From: Candidatus Polarisedimenticolaceae bacterium
GTDB lineage: Bacteria; Acidobacteriota; Polarisedimenticolia; Polarisedimenticolales; Polarisedimenticolaceae
DNA length: 64,000 nucleotides
Reading direction: 5' to 3'
Assembly: GCA_041629655.1 (NCBI GenBank)
Contig: JBFKMV010000001.1
Span: 8,075-72,074 of the forward strand
Below the pieces are notes generated by a model, which worked only from the letters and a program-made list of their open reading frames with translations, was not told the origin of the DNA and ran no database searches. This document shows positions 8,517 through 16,161 of this stretch, piece by piece; position 1 is the first letter of the stretch, and each line of letters opens with the position of its first letter. A program made the translations under genes and the position numbers.

Positions 8517-10422
8517 CCGCGGCGCGGTCGTCCGCGCCGTCCGTCGCCGCCGCCTCGGCTTCCGGGCCGCCGCTGCCGTGCCCTTCCTGCGGGGCGGTAC
8601 GCCGCTCCGCCGCGCGGGCCGCGGGAGAGCGGCCGGTCAGCCACGCCGTATCCATCGGGTAGACCACCGGGTCGAAGACGACGAAGTACAGGTGCCAGAC
8701 CAGGATCGCCAGGCTGGCCAGCACCGCCTCGTAGAAGTGGATCGCGGTGGCGAGGTCGGTGATCCACTTCGGCAGCCAGCGCAGCACCAGGTTGTCGAAC
8801 CACAGCACGAAGCCGCTGATCGCCATCACGACGATGCCCCACATCAGCGCCAGGTACTCGAGCTTCTCGGGATACCCGAGCGTTCCCGTACGAGGGGGTT
8901 CCGGGCGGCGGCCGAAGAAGTACCGCACCCGCTCCACGAGCTCGTGGAGATCCTCCCGCCCGGGGCGCATCGCTGCGATACAGGCCCGGGCGCGGCGGTC
9001 CAGCGCCAGATGGAGCAGGTGGAACAGCAGCGCCGCCAGCATCACGATCGAGGCCCCGCGGTGCAGCCAGCCGCGTAGGCCCAGCGAGTCCTCCCAGGCC
9101 AGCACCGGCTGCGCCCACCGGGCCTCGGGGTACGTCAGCGCGAACCCGGTGTAGACCAGCACCACGAAGCTCACCATCAGGGTCGCGTGCGCGATGCGGA
9201 ACCCCGGCGACATCCGCTCGGCGGCGGTGGCATCGGCGGGAGGTCGCGTCGGGGGAGTGAGGACCTTGCGCCGCAGGTCGAGCAGGTTGTGCAGCAGCAT
9301 GCCGCCGACGGTCAGGTAGATCAACCACAGGTAGATCACGCGGACCCAGCGCACCGAGACGTGCTCCCCGTTGTCCGCGGTGAAGTGCACGGTGCCGATC
9401 GCGAAGCGTTGCCCGGCCCCGGGGTGGCACTGCCCGCACGTCGCGGCGAGATTGTCCTTGTGCGTGTGCGAGCGCGGGTCCGACGAGGGCAGCGTGTCGT
9501 GCACGCCGTGACACGACCCGCAGTGTGCCACGGTGAGCCTCCCGGAGCGGCCGGCCAGGCCGTGGTAGCTGTCCTGGTAGGCCGGCACCCTGTCCAGCGC
9601 CAGGTCGTACTTCTCGGCCAGCCTGAGGTCGCCGTGACAGCGACCGCAGGTCATCTTGGGGATGTTGGTGGCGTAGACGGGCGAGCCCTTTTCCCGCGGC
9701 GACACGATCCGGTGCTCGCCGTGACAGTCGGTGCACACGGGCGCCTCGCGCAGCCCGCGGGCCGAGGCGGTACCGTGGACGCTGCCGCGGTAGATCTCGG
9801 CGATCGATCCGTGACACGATCCGCAGGTCTCGGGAACGCGCTGGTGGAACACCGTCGAGCGCGGGTCGGAGGCCGGCTGGATCCCGTGGCTGCCGTGACA
9901 GTCGCTGCAGGTCGGCCCGGCGCCGCCCGCGGCGAGGAGCTGGCCGTGCACGCTCTTCAGGTACGCCTCGAGCGGCCGGACCAGCTTGATGCCGTAGCGC
10001 GCCACCTTCTCGGGGTCGGCGTGGCAGGAGCCGCAGGTCTCCGCCAGCCGCAACCCGTGGACCGGAGAGGCCTCGTCCGCCGCCGGCAGGACGGTGTGGA
10101 TCCCGCCGTGGCAGACCTGGCAGTCCGGTGCTTCCGCGGTGCCCTCGGCGCGCACCCGGCCGTGCACGCTGGCGCGATACTCCTCGACGATCCCGTCGTG
10201 GCAGGTCGCGCAGTCGACCTCGCCGGCCGTCTCGGCGTGCGGCACCTCGTCGGTTCCGGCGTGGCAATCGCCGCACTCGAGAAAGCCGTGCGCGCTGGCC
10301 TCGTAGCTCTCCGGTTCGAGCTCGTGGCAGTCGGCACAGGGTATCGCCTCGGCTGCGCGCGGCGGCGCGGCGGCGGCGCAGAGCAGCAACACCAGTAGCG
10401 TGACCCACGGAACGGCACGCAT
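8494..10422 (-). CDS. Multihaem cytochrome c (11 CXXCH) fused to a membrane dihaem cytochrome b domain (CbcL-like quinol oxidoreductase)
   Basis: Starts MRAVPWVTLLVLLLCAAAAPPRAAEA inside the artefactual 1370-aa ORF. It has 11 CXXCH motifs, followed by 4-5 TM helices with conserved His (IAHATL, FHLLHL, AIHFYE, WHLYF), as in FdnI/HydC-type cytochrome b. Confidence 0.85.
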   Translation of the reverse strand: MRAVPWVTLLVLLLCAAAAPPRAAEAIPCADCHELEPESYEASAHGFLECGDCHAGTDEVPHAETAGEVDCATCHDGIVEEYRASVHGRVRAEGTAEAPDCQVCHGGIHTVLPAADEASPVHGLRLAETCGSCHADPEKVARYGIKLVRPLEAYLKSVHGQLLAAGGAGPTCSDCHGSHGIQPASDPRSTVFHQRVPETCGSCHGSIAEIYRGSVHGTASARGLREAPVCTDCHGEHRIVSPREKGSPVYATNIPKMTCGRCHGDLRLAEKYDLALDRVPAYQDSYHGLAGRSGRLTVAHCGSCHGVHDTLPSSDPRSHTHKDNLAATCGQCHPGAGQRFAIGTVHFTADNGEHVSVRWVRVIYLWLIYLTVGGMLLHNLLDLRRKVLTPPTRPPADATAAERMSPGFRIAHATLMVSFVVLVYTGFALTYPEARWAQPVLAWEDSLGLRGWLHRGASIVMLAALLFHLLHLALDRRARACIAAMRPGREDLHELVERVRYFFGRRPEPPRTGTLGYPEKLEYLALMWGIVVMAISGFVLWFDNLVLRWLPKWITDLATAIHFYEAVLASLAILVWHLYFVVFDPVVYPMDTAWLTGRSPAARAAERRTAPQEGHGSGGPEAEAAATDGADDRAAVNAARRS

Positions 10423-10454
10423 CGGCGCTCTCCTTTCCGGCGGACCTCCAACGT

Positions 10455-10470
10455 AGCAGGCGCCGCGCCA
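10455..10470 (-). promoter_or_regulatory. Sigma-54-like promoter candidate for the 11-haem gene
   Basis: The minus strand reads TGGCGCGGCGCCTGCT. Spacing is correct, with one mismatch in the -12 box. An AAGGAG RBS lies between it and the ATG at 10422. Confidence 0.4.
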
Positions 10471-10547
10471 GCGACCTGTGGACAAAGCGCGTTGACAACT
10501 CGACCTGTCCGAAGTCCGCAGGCCTCGGGAGGGAGTCAGGTGTCGGA

Positions 10548-10563
10548 TGGCGCAGGTCTTGCT
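10548..10563 (+). promoter_or_regulatory. Sigma-54-like promoter candidate for the 19-haem gene
   Basis: TGGCGCAGGTCTTGCT has correct spacing. However, the predicted start site lies only about 5 nt before the ATG at 10579, giving a near-leaderless mRNA, so confidence is reduced. Confidence 0.35.
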
Positions 10564-10578
10564 GCCATCACCGTTCCC

Positions 10579-13386
10579 ATGACGACGCCACTGCGATCCG
10601 GGCCCGCCTCGCGCCGCGCCGGGAGATGGACAGCCGCGGTCTTGCTGCTGCTGTCGGTCCTCGCCCCCGCAGCCGCGCAGGAGAACGACGACTGCCTGAT
10701 GTGTCACGCCGACCCAGACCTCGTCGGCGAGCGCGCAGGGGCGGAGATCTCCGTTTACGTCGACGCGAAGGTCTACGCGGGTTCCGCGCACGCGGGCCTG
10801 GAATGCGTGATGTGCCACCAGGATCTCGCGGGCGAAGAGCTGCCGCACGGGGACGAGCCCGCGCGGGTGGACTGCTCGCCGTGCCACGACCGGCAGGCCG
10901 CCGAGCACGATCACAGCCTCCACGGCCGCGCGGCGCGGCGCGGCGACGAGCTGGCGCCGAGCTGCGCCACCTGCCACGGCACCCACGGCATCCGGTCCCA
11001 CAACGATCCGGGCTCGCCGACGGCCCTGCTGAACATTCCCCAGCTGTGCGGAAAATGTCACCACGAGGGCACCCCGGTCTCGCTGACCCACGAGATCCCG
11101 CAGGACCGCATCCTGGAGAACTACTCCGAGAGCATCCACGGGCAGGGCCTGTACGAGAAGGGGCTCATCGTCACCGCCGTCTGCACCTCCTGCCACACCT
11201 CGCACAACATCCTGCCCCATACCGAGAAGGACTCGAGCATCCACGCCGCCAACGTCGCGCGAACGTGCACCCAGTGCCACGGTCGGATCGAGGACGTGCA
11301 CCGCAAGGTCATCGAGGGGCGGCTGTGGGAGGAAGAGCCGCACAAGATCCCGGTCTGCGTCGACTGCCACTCCCCGCACAAGATCCGCCGCGTGTTCTAC
11401 CCGGCGGGCCTGGCCAACCAGGACTGCCTGAAGTGCCACGGGGACCCCGAGCTCGCCCTGGAACGGGACGGCGCGACGGTGTCGCTGTACGTGGACGGGG
11501 AGGTCTACGCGGCCACCGCGCACGCGACCGTCGGTTGCGCGCAGTGTCACACCGAGGTGCGGACGTCGCGCGAGCGACCCTGTGAGACGGTGACCGCGCC
11601 GGTCGATTGCAGCATCTGTCACGCCGAGCCGGTCAACGAGTTCTTCGGGAGCACCCACGGCACGCTGCTCGCCGCGGGCGACCACGATGCCCCCTCGTGC
11701 CAGGACTGCCACGCCCGGCACGCGACCCAGAAGAAGACCAATCCGACCTCGCCGACCTACCCGCGCAACGTGCCCGTGCTGTGCGCCAAGTGCCACCGCG
11801 TCGGCGAGCAGGCGGCGGTGCGGATCCACAGCGAGGTGCCGGACATCGTCCAGAGCTACCTCGACAGCATCCACGGCAAGGGGCTGATCCAGAGCGGTCT
11901 GGTGGTGACCGCGACCTGCGCCGACTGCCATTCGGCCCACGGCGAGCTGCCGCCGGACGATCCGCGGTCGACCGTCAACCCGGCCAACCTCAACCACACC
12001 TGCGGTACGTGCCACCGCGGGATCGAGGAGGTGTTCCGCTCGAGCATCCACGCCACCGGGACCCCGGGCGCGGGACGACACCTGCCGACCTGCGAGAACT
12101 GCCACTCCTCGCACACGATCAGCCGCACCGACGTGCCCGGGTTCCGGACGCTGATGATGGATCAGTGCGGCCGGTGTCACGAGACCGAGGCCGAGACGTT
12201 CTTCGACACCTTCCACGGCAAGGTGTCGCGGCTCGGCGCCGAGCGCGCGGCGAAGTGCTACGACTGCCACGGCACGCACAACATCCTGCCGGTCGAGAAC
12301 CCGGACTCGACGCTCAGCCGGTCCCACGTCGTCACCACCTGCGGGCAGTGCCACGACGCCGCGCACCGGCGTTTCGCCGGCTACCTGACCCACGCCACGC
12401 ACCACGACCCGGACAAGTACCCCTGGCTGTTCTGGACCTTCTGGGGCATGACGGCGCTGCTGGTCGGGACGCTGACCTTCGCGCTGATGCACACCCTGGC
12501 CTGGCTGCTGCGGCTGTGGCTCAACCGCGAGGAGTGGCGGGCGCACCGGGCCCACCGCTCGGGCAAGCTGGTGCGGCGCTTCACGCGGCTCCAGCGCGGC
12601 ATGCACATGACGATGCTGCTGAGCTTCTTCACCCTGGCGATCACCGGGATGACGCTAAAGTTCTCCTACATGGGCTGGGCGCAGGGCCTGTCGCGGGTGC
12701 TCGGCGGCTTCGAGGCCACGGGGTTCTTGCACCGGCTGGGGGCGGTGGTGCTGTTCGGGGTGTTCGTGGTGCACCTGGTCGACGTGCGGCGCAAGAAGCT
12801 CGCCGCCGGCCGGAGCTGGTGGGGCTTTCTGACCGGGCCGGACACGATCCTGTTCACGCGACGCGACCTGCGCGAGCTGTGGCAGTCGATCCGCTGGTTC
12901 GCGGGCGCCGGCCCGCGGCCGCGTTACGGGCGCTTCACCTACTGGGAGAAGTTCGACTACTTCGCCGTGCTGTGGGGCATCGTGGTGATCGGTTCGACCG
13001 GCCTGATCCTGTGGTTCCCCGAGCTGTTCACCCGGGTGCTGCCGGGCTGGTTCGTCAACGTGGCCACGATCATCCACAGCGACGAGGCGCTGCTGGCCGT
13101 CGCGTTCATCTTCACCGTGCACTTCTTCAACACGAACTTCCGCCCGGACAAGTTCCCGCTGGACACCGTGATCTTCACCGGCCGGGTCTCGCTCGAGGAG
13201 CTGCAGTACGACAAGCCGGACGAACACGCCGAGCTGCTGGCCTCCGGCGCGCTGGACCAGCACATCGTGCAGCCGCTGCCGCGGCCGGCCGAGCGCGCCG
13301 CGAAGACCTTCGCCTCGCTGGCCCTGGCGACCGGGCTGACCTTGATCGCGCTGATCGTCTACACGATGCTGATCGGCTACCGCTAG
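10579..13386 (+). CDS. Multihaem cytochrome c (19 CXXCH) fused to a membrane cytochrome b domain (CbcL-like, expanded)
   Basis: Signal peptide MTTPLRSGPASRRAGRWTAAVLLLLSVLAPAAAQ. It has 19 CXXCH motifs, followed by about 6 TM helices with conserved His (LMHTL, GMHMT, FLHRL, VVHLV, IIHSDE, TVHFF). Confidence 0.85.
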   Translation: MTTPLRSGPASRRAGRWTAAVLLLLSVLAPAAAQENDDCLMCHADPDLVGERAGAEISVYVDAKVYAGSAHAGLECVMCHQDLAGEELPHGDEPARVDCSPCHDRQAAEHDHSLHGRAARRGDELAPSCATCHGTHGIRSHNDPGSPTALLNIPQLCGKCHHEGTPVSLTHEIPQDRILENYSESIHGQGLYEKGLIVTAVCTSCHTSHNILPHTEKDSSIHAANVARTCTQCHGRIEDVHRKVIEGRLWEEEPHKIPVCVDCHSPHKIRRVFYPAGLANQDCLKCHGDPELALERDGATVSLYVDGEVYAATAHATVGCAQCHTEVRTSRERPCETVTAPVDCSICHAEPVNEFFGSTHGTLLAAGDHDAPSCQDCHARHATQKKTNPTSPTYPRNVPVLCAKCHRVGEQAAVRIHSEVPDIVQSYLDSIHGKGLIQSGLVVTATCADCHSAHGELPPDDPRSTVNPANLNHTCGTCHRGIEEVFRSSIHATGTPGAGRHLPTCENCHSSHTISRTDVPGFRTLMMDQCGRCHETEAETFFDTFHGKVSRLGAERAAKCYDCHGTHNILPVENPDSTLSRSHVVTTCGQCHDAAHRRFAGYLTHATHHDPDKYPWLFWTFWGMTALLVGTLTFALMHTLAWLLRLWLNREEWRAHRAHRSGKLVRRFTRLQRGMHMTMLLSFFTLAITGMTLKFSYMGWAQGLSRVLGGFEATGFLHRLGAVVLFGVFVVHLVDVRRKKLAAGRSWWGFLTGPDTILFTRRDLRELWQSIRWFAGAGPRPRYGRFTYWEKFDYFAVLWGIVVIGSTGLILWFPELFTRVLPGWFVNVATIIHSDEALLAVAFIFTVHFFNTNFRPDKFPLDTVIFTGRVSLEELQYDKPDEHAELLASGALDQHIVQPLPRPAERAAKTFASLALATGLTLIALIVYTMLIGYR

Positions 13387-13390
13387 CCCG

Positions 13391-14836
13391 TCAGGGCTGC
13401 AGCTGGCCCAGGATCTCCGGCTGTTCCTCCTCCATCGCCAGCAGGCTGTGGCAGGTGGAGCAGTCCTGGGAGATCGTCTCGCCGTCGGCGGTCGCGTGCT
13501 CGTCGTTGTGGCAGCGGAAGCAGCCGTCGAAGCTGGTGTGGCCGATGTGGTTGGGGTACGTGCCCCAGCCGATGTTCATCGTCGGGAACACGTTCCGGCA
13601 GTAGATGTCGCCCAGCACGCCCGCCGCCTCGGCGATCCGTGGTCCGTCGGAGCTTGCCAGCTCGGGGTAGTTCTCGCGGTAGAACGCCGTGATCCGCTCC
13701 GCGATCGCCTGCCGCGCCTCGTCATGCGACGCGTAGGACTCCTCGAGCGCCCGCAGGCCCTCGCGGCGGATGTAGGGCAGGGAGCGGTCGAGACGGCCCT
13801 CGGCGATCGCCTCGTCGATCGAGCGGTCGGGCAGCTTGTACACGTGGGTCGGCCGGTTGTGGCAGTCCACGCAGTCCATCTCGCGCCATTCCGGCTCCAC
13901 CTCGGGCGCGCCCGCCGCGCCCTGCTCCGCGGCCTGTCCGTTGGCCGCCCGTTGCGGGGGCAGCCAACGCTTGACCGTACCGTCCGGGAGCGTCAGCTCG
14001 ACCTCGTGGATCGTCTCGCGCGTCGCGTCGGCGCGGTAGCGGATACGGTTGGCCGGATCGACGTGCCAGTGGATGCCGTGGGACTTGCGTCCCTGGATCC
14101 CGCCCACCCGCAGCAGCAGCACCGACTTCAGCTCGGTGTTCTGCTCGTCCTCGGCGTAGTGGGTCAGCACCTTCAGCCGGTCGCCGACGAACTTGGTCGG
14201 CCAGTGGCACTGCTCGCAGGTCTCCCGCGCCGGCCGCAGGTTCTCGACCGGGGTCGGGATCGGCCGCGGGTAGAGATCGAAGGCCACGGCCACGACCTGC
14301 CAGGCGCCGGACAGCTTCGACTTGACGAACCAGTTCGCCCCGGGCCCGATGTGGCACTCGACGCACTTGACCCGCGCGTGGGGCGAGCTCTGGTAGGTCG
14401 TGAACTCGGGATCCATCACGGTGTGGCAGGCCTGCCCGCAGAACTCCGTCGAGTCCATCACCTCGACGCCCTTGTAGGTCGCGGTGGCCAGGATCACCAG
14501 GTTGACCCCCGACATGGCCAGGAACACCAGCACCGCCTTGCGGGTCGGCTTCCGGTTGAGGTCGACCACCGGGAACGTCGGGGCCGGCTCGCCGCGAGCC
14601 TCGGCGGCGCGTTCGCGGCGGCGCTCCCGCACGATGCCGACCGGGATCAGTGCCAGTCCGACCAGGAAGATCGCGGGCAGGATCAGGTAGGCCAGGATGC
14701 CGATGTAGGGGCCGCCCTCGTGGCCCACCAGTCCGATCGCGAACAGCGTCAGGATCAGCAGCGCGGCGGCCGTGGTGATCGCGGCGCCGACCAGGCTGAT
14801 CGCGTTCCGGGTCAACGCGATGAAGAACGTCCTCAT
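13391..14836 (-). CDS. Membrane-anchored NapC/NirT-related multihaem cytochrome (ImcH-like)
   Basis: Three N-terminal TM helices, then five CXXCH motifs (CVECH, CEQCH, CVDCH, CFRCH, CSTCH). One CX3CH (FCGQACH) sits at the position of the first NapC haem. Confidence 0.75.
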   Translation of the reverse strand: MRTFFIALTRNAISLVGAAITTAAALLILTLFAIGLVGHEGGPYIGILAYLILPAIFLVGLALIPVGIVRERRRERAAEARGEPAPTFPVVDLNRKPTRKAVLVFLAMSGVNLVILATATYKGVEVMDSTEFCGQACHTVMDPEFTTYQSSPHARVKCVECHIGPGANWFVKSKLSGAWQVVAVAFDLYPRPIPTPVENLRPARETCEQCHWPTKFVGDRLKVLTHYAEDEQNTELKSVLLLRVGGIQGRKSHGIHWHVDPANRIRYRADATRETIHEVELTLPDGTVKRWLPPQRAANGQAAEQGAAGAPEVEPEWREMDCVDCHNRPTHVYKLPDRSIDEAIAEGRLDRSLPYIRREGLRALEESYASHDEARQAIAERITAFYRENYPELASSDGPRIAEAAGVLGDIYCRNVFPTMNIGWGTYPNHIGHTSFDGCFRCHNDEHATADGETISQDCSTCHSLLAMEEEQPEILGQLQP

Positions 14837-14924
14837 GGCACCTCGCTCAGCCGGTTTTCGGGGGCGACCCCGTCCGGGGGAATCATGCTAGATGGAATCG
14901 CGCCGCGGCGCCCGTGGATCCGCT

Positions 14925-16145
14925 TCAGCTCCAGCGCAGCCCGAGTTGCTGGAGCATCGCGGCCAGCCCCTCGCCGGATGCCGGTAGGCACGGCAGCAAC
15001 CGCGCGGCATGGGCCTTGACCCAGTCGTTCGCCTCGGGCCCCGCCGCCGGCGGGCCCTCGAGACCCAGCAGGCGTTGCCATTCGGCGCGTCGTTCCGACT
15101 GGTAGATCTCGAACAGCTTCGGCGTGCCGTCGCGCCGCAGGGCGGACCCGATCCGGTCGGCGAGGTCCCACGCCTCGCGCAAGCCGACGTTCATGCTCTG
15201 CGCGCCCACCGGACCGGTCACGTGCGCGGCGTCGCCGGCCAGCCACACGTGGCCACTCCCGAACTGCTCGGCCAAGCGGCGCTCGAACCGCGTGTCGGTG
15301 GCCCAGAAGACCTCGGCCGGACGGGGCTCGAACCACGGGGCCCGGGAGCTGAGCAGCGTCTCCAGCGAGGAACCGCCCCGGTCCGGCGCCCGGTCCGGCT
15401 GCGGCGCCTCGCGCTCGACCTGGAAGCTCCAGCGCCCGCGAGCGCCGGCCATCGGCCACAGCACGTTCAGCATGTTCTCATGGAACACCACCCGCATCTC
15501 GCCGCCCAGGTCGAACGGTGCGCGGAACTCGAACACCGCGAAGCTCTCGGCGCCCCCGTGGTCCTCGAAGCGGGTGCCGAGGCTGCGCCGCGTGAACGAA
15601 TGATAACCGTCGGCGCCGATCAGGAACGAGCAGTTGCTCTCGAACCGCTTGTCGACGATCCACTCGGTGCGGGCGATCGGGTAGCCCAGCGACACCCGGT
15701 CGAGCCGCCCCAGCTCGCAGCCCACCCCGCCCTCGGCCCGCTCCTCGATCGCCAGCAGCTGGTGGTTCCACAGCACGCGTACCCCGCGCTCGCTCAGCCG
15801 TTCCTCGAGCTCTCCCTCCAGCTTGCTCTGCGGCAGCACCAGCACGAACGGGAAACGGCCGCCGAGCGGTTCCAGCTCGACGGCGGCCCGCTGGGTCTTG
15901 CCGTCGTAGAACCCGATCCGCGTGATCCGTTGCCCCTGCTCGACCAGCGGTTCCGCGAGCCCCAGCTCGTCGAGCATCGACAGCGTCGCGGGGTGCAGGG
16001 CCAGGGCGTAGCTGTGCGCCGAGCCGATCCAGTCGCGGTCGATGATCTGCACGGTGACGTCCTGCTCGGCCAGGCACAGCGCGGCGAACAGCCCCACCGG
16101 CCCCGCGCCCACGATCGTCACGTCGGTCTGGCGCTTCGGTTTCAT
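14925..16145 (-). CDS. FAD-dependent monooxygenase (UbiH/PHBH-like)
   Basis: N-terminal VTIVGAGPVGLFAALCLAE Rossmann motif and a later GDAAHVTGPVGAQSMN FAD-binding motif. Confidence 0.8.
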   Translation of the reverse strand: MKPKRQTDVTIVGAGPVGLFAALCLAEQDVTVQIIDRDWIGSAHSYALALHPATLSMLDELGLAEPLVEQGQRITRIGFYDGKTQRAAVELEPLGGRFPFVLVLPQSKLEGELEERLSERGVRVLWNHQLLAIEERAEGGVGCELGRLDRVSLGYPIARTEWIVDKRFESNCSFLIGADGYHSFTRRSLGTRFEDHGGAESFAVFEFRAPFDLGGEMRVVFHENMLNVLWPMAGARGRWSFQVEREAPQPDRAPDRGGSSLETLLSSRAPWFEPRPAEVFWATDTRFERRLAEQFGSGHVWLAGDAAHVTGPVGAQSMNVGLREAWDLADRIGSALRRDGTPKLFEIYQSERRAEWQRLLGLEGPPAAGPEANDWVKAHAARLLPCLPASGEGLAAMLQQLGLRWS

Positions 16146-16161
16146 GGTGTACTCCCCGGAC

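Noticed and set aside
10492-10497. TTGACA -35-like hexamer and TTG start of the ORF track for the 19-haem gene
   Set aside because: No acceptable -10 hexamer lies 16-19 nt downstream. The TTG-initiated N-terminus adds 29 residues ahead of a normal signal peptide that begins at the ATG at 10579.
8494-12606. 1370-aa ORF on the minus strand
   Set aside because: Only the C-terminal 642 codons (from MRAVPW at 10422) look like a real protein, with a signal peptide, haem motifs and TM helices. The upstream part is Arg/Gly/Val-rich antisense of the plus-strand 19-haem gene.
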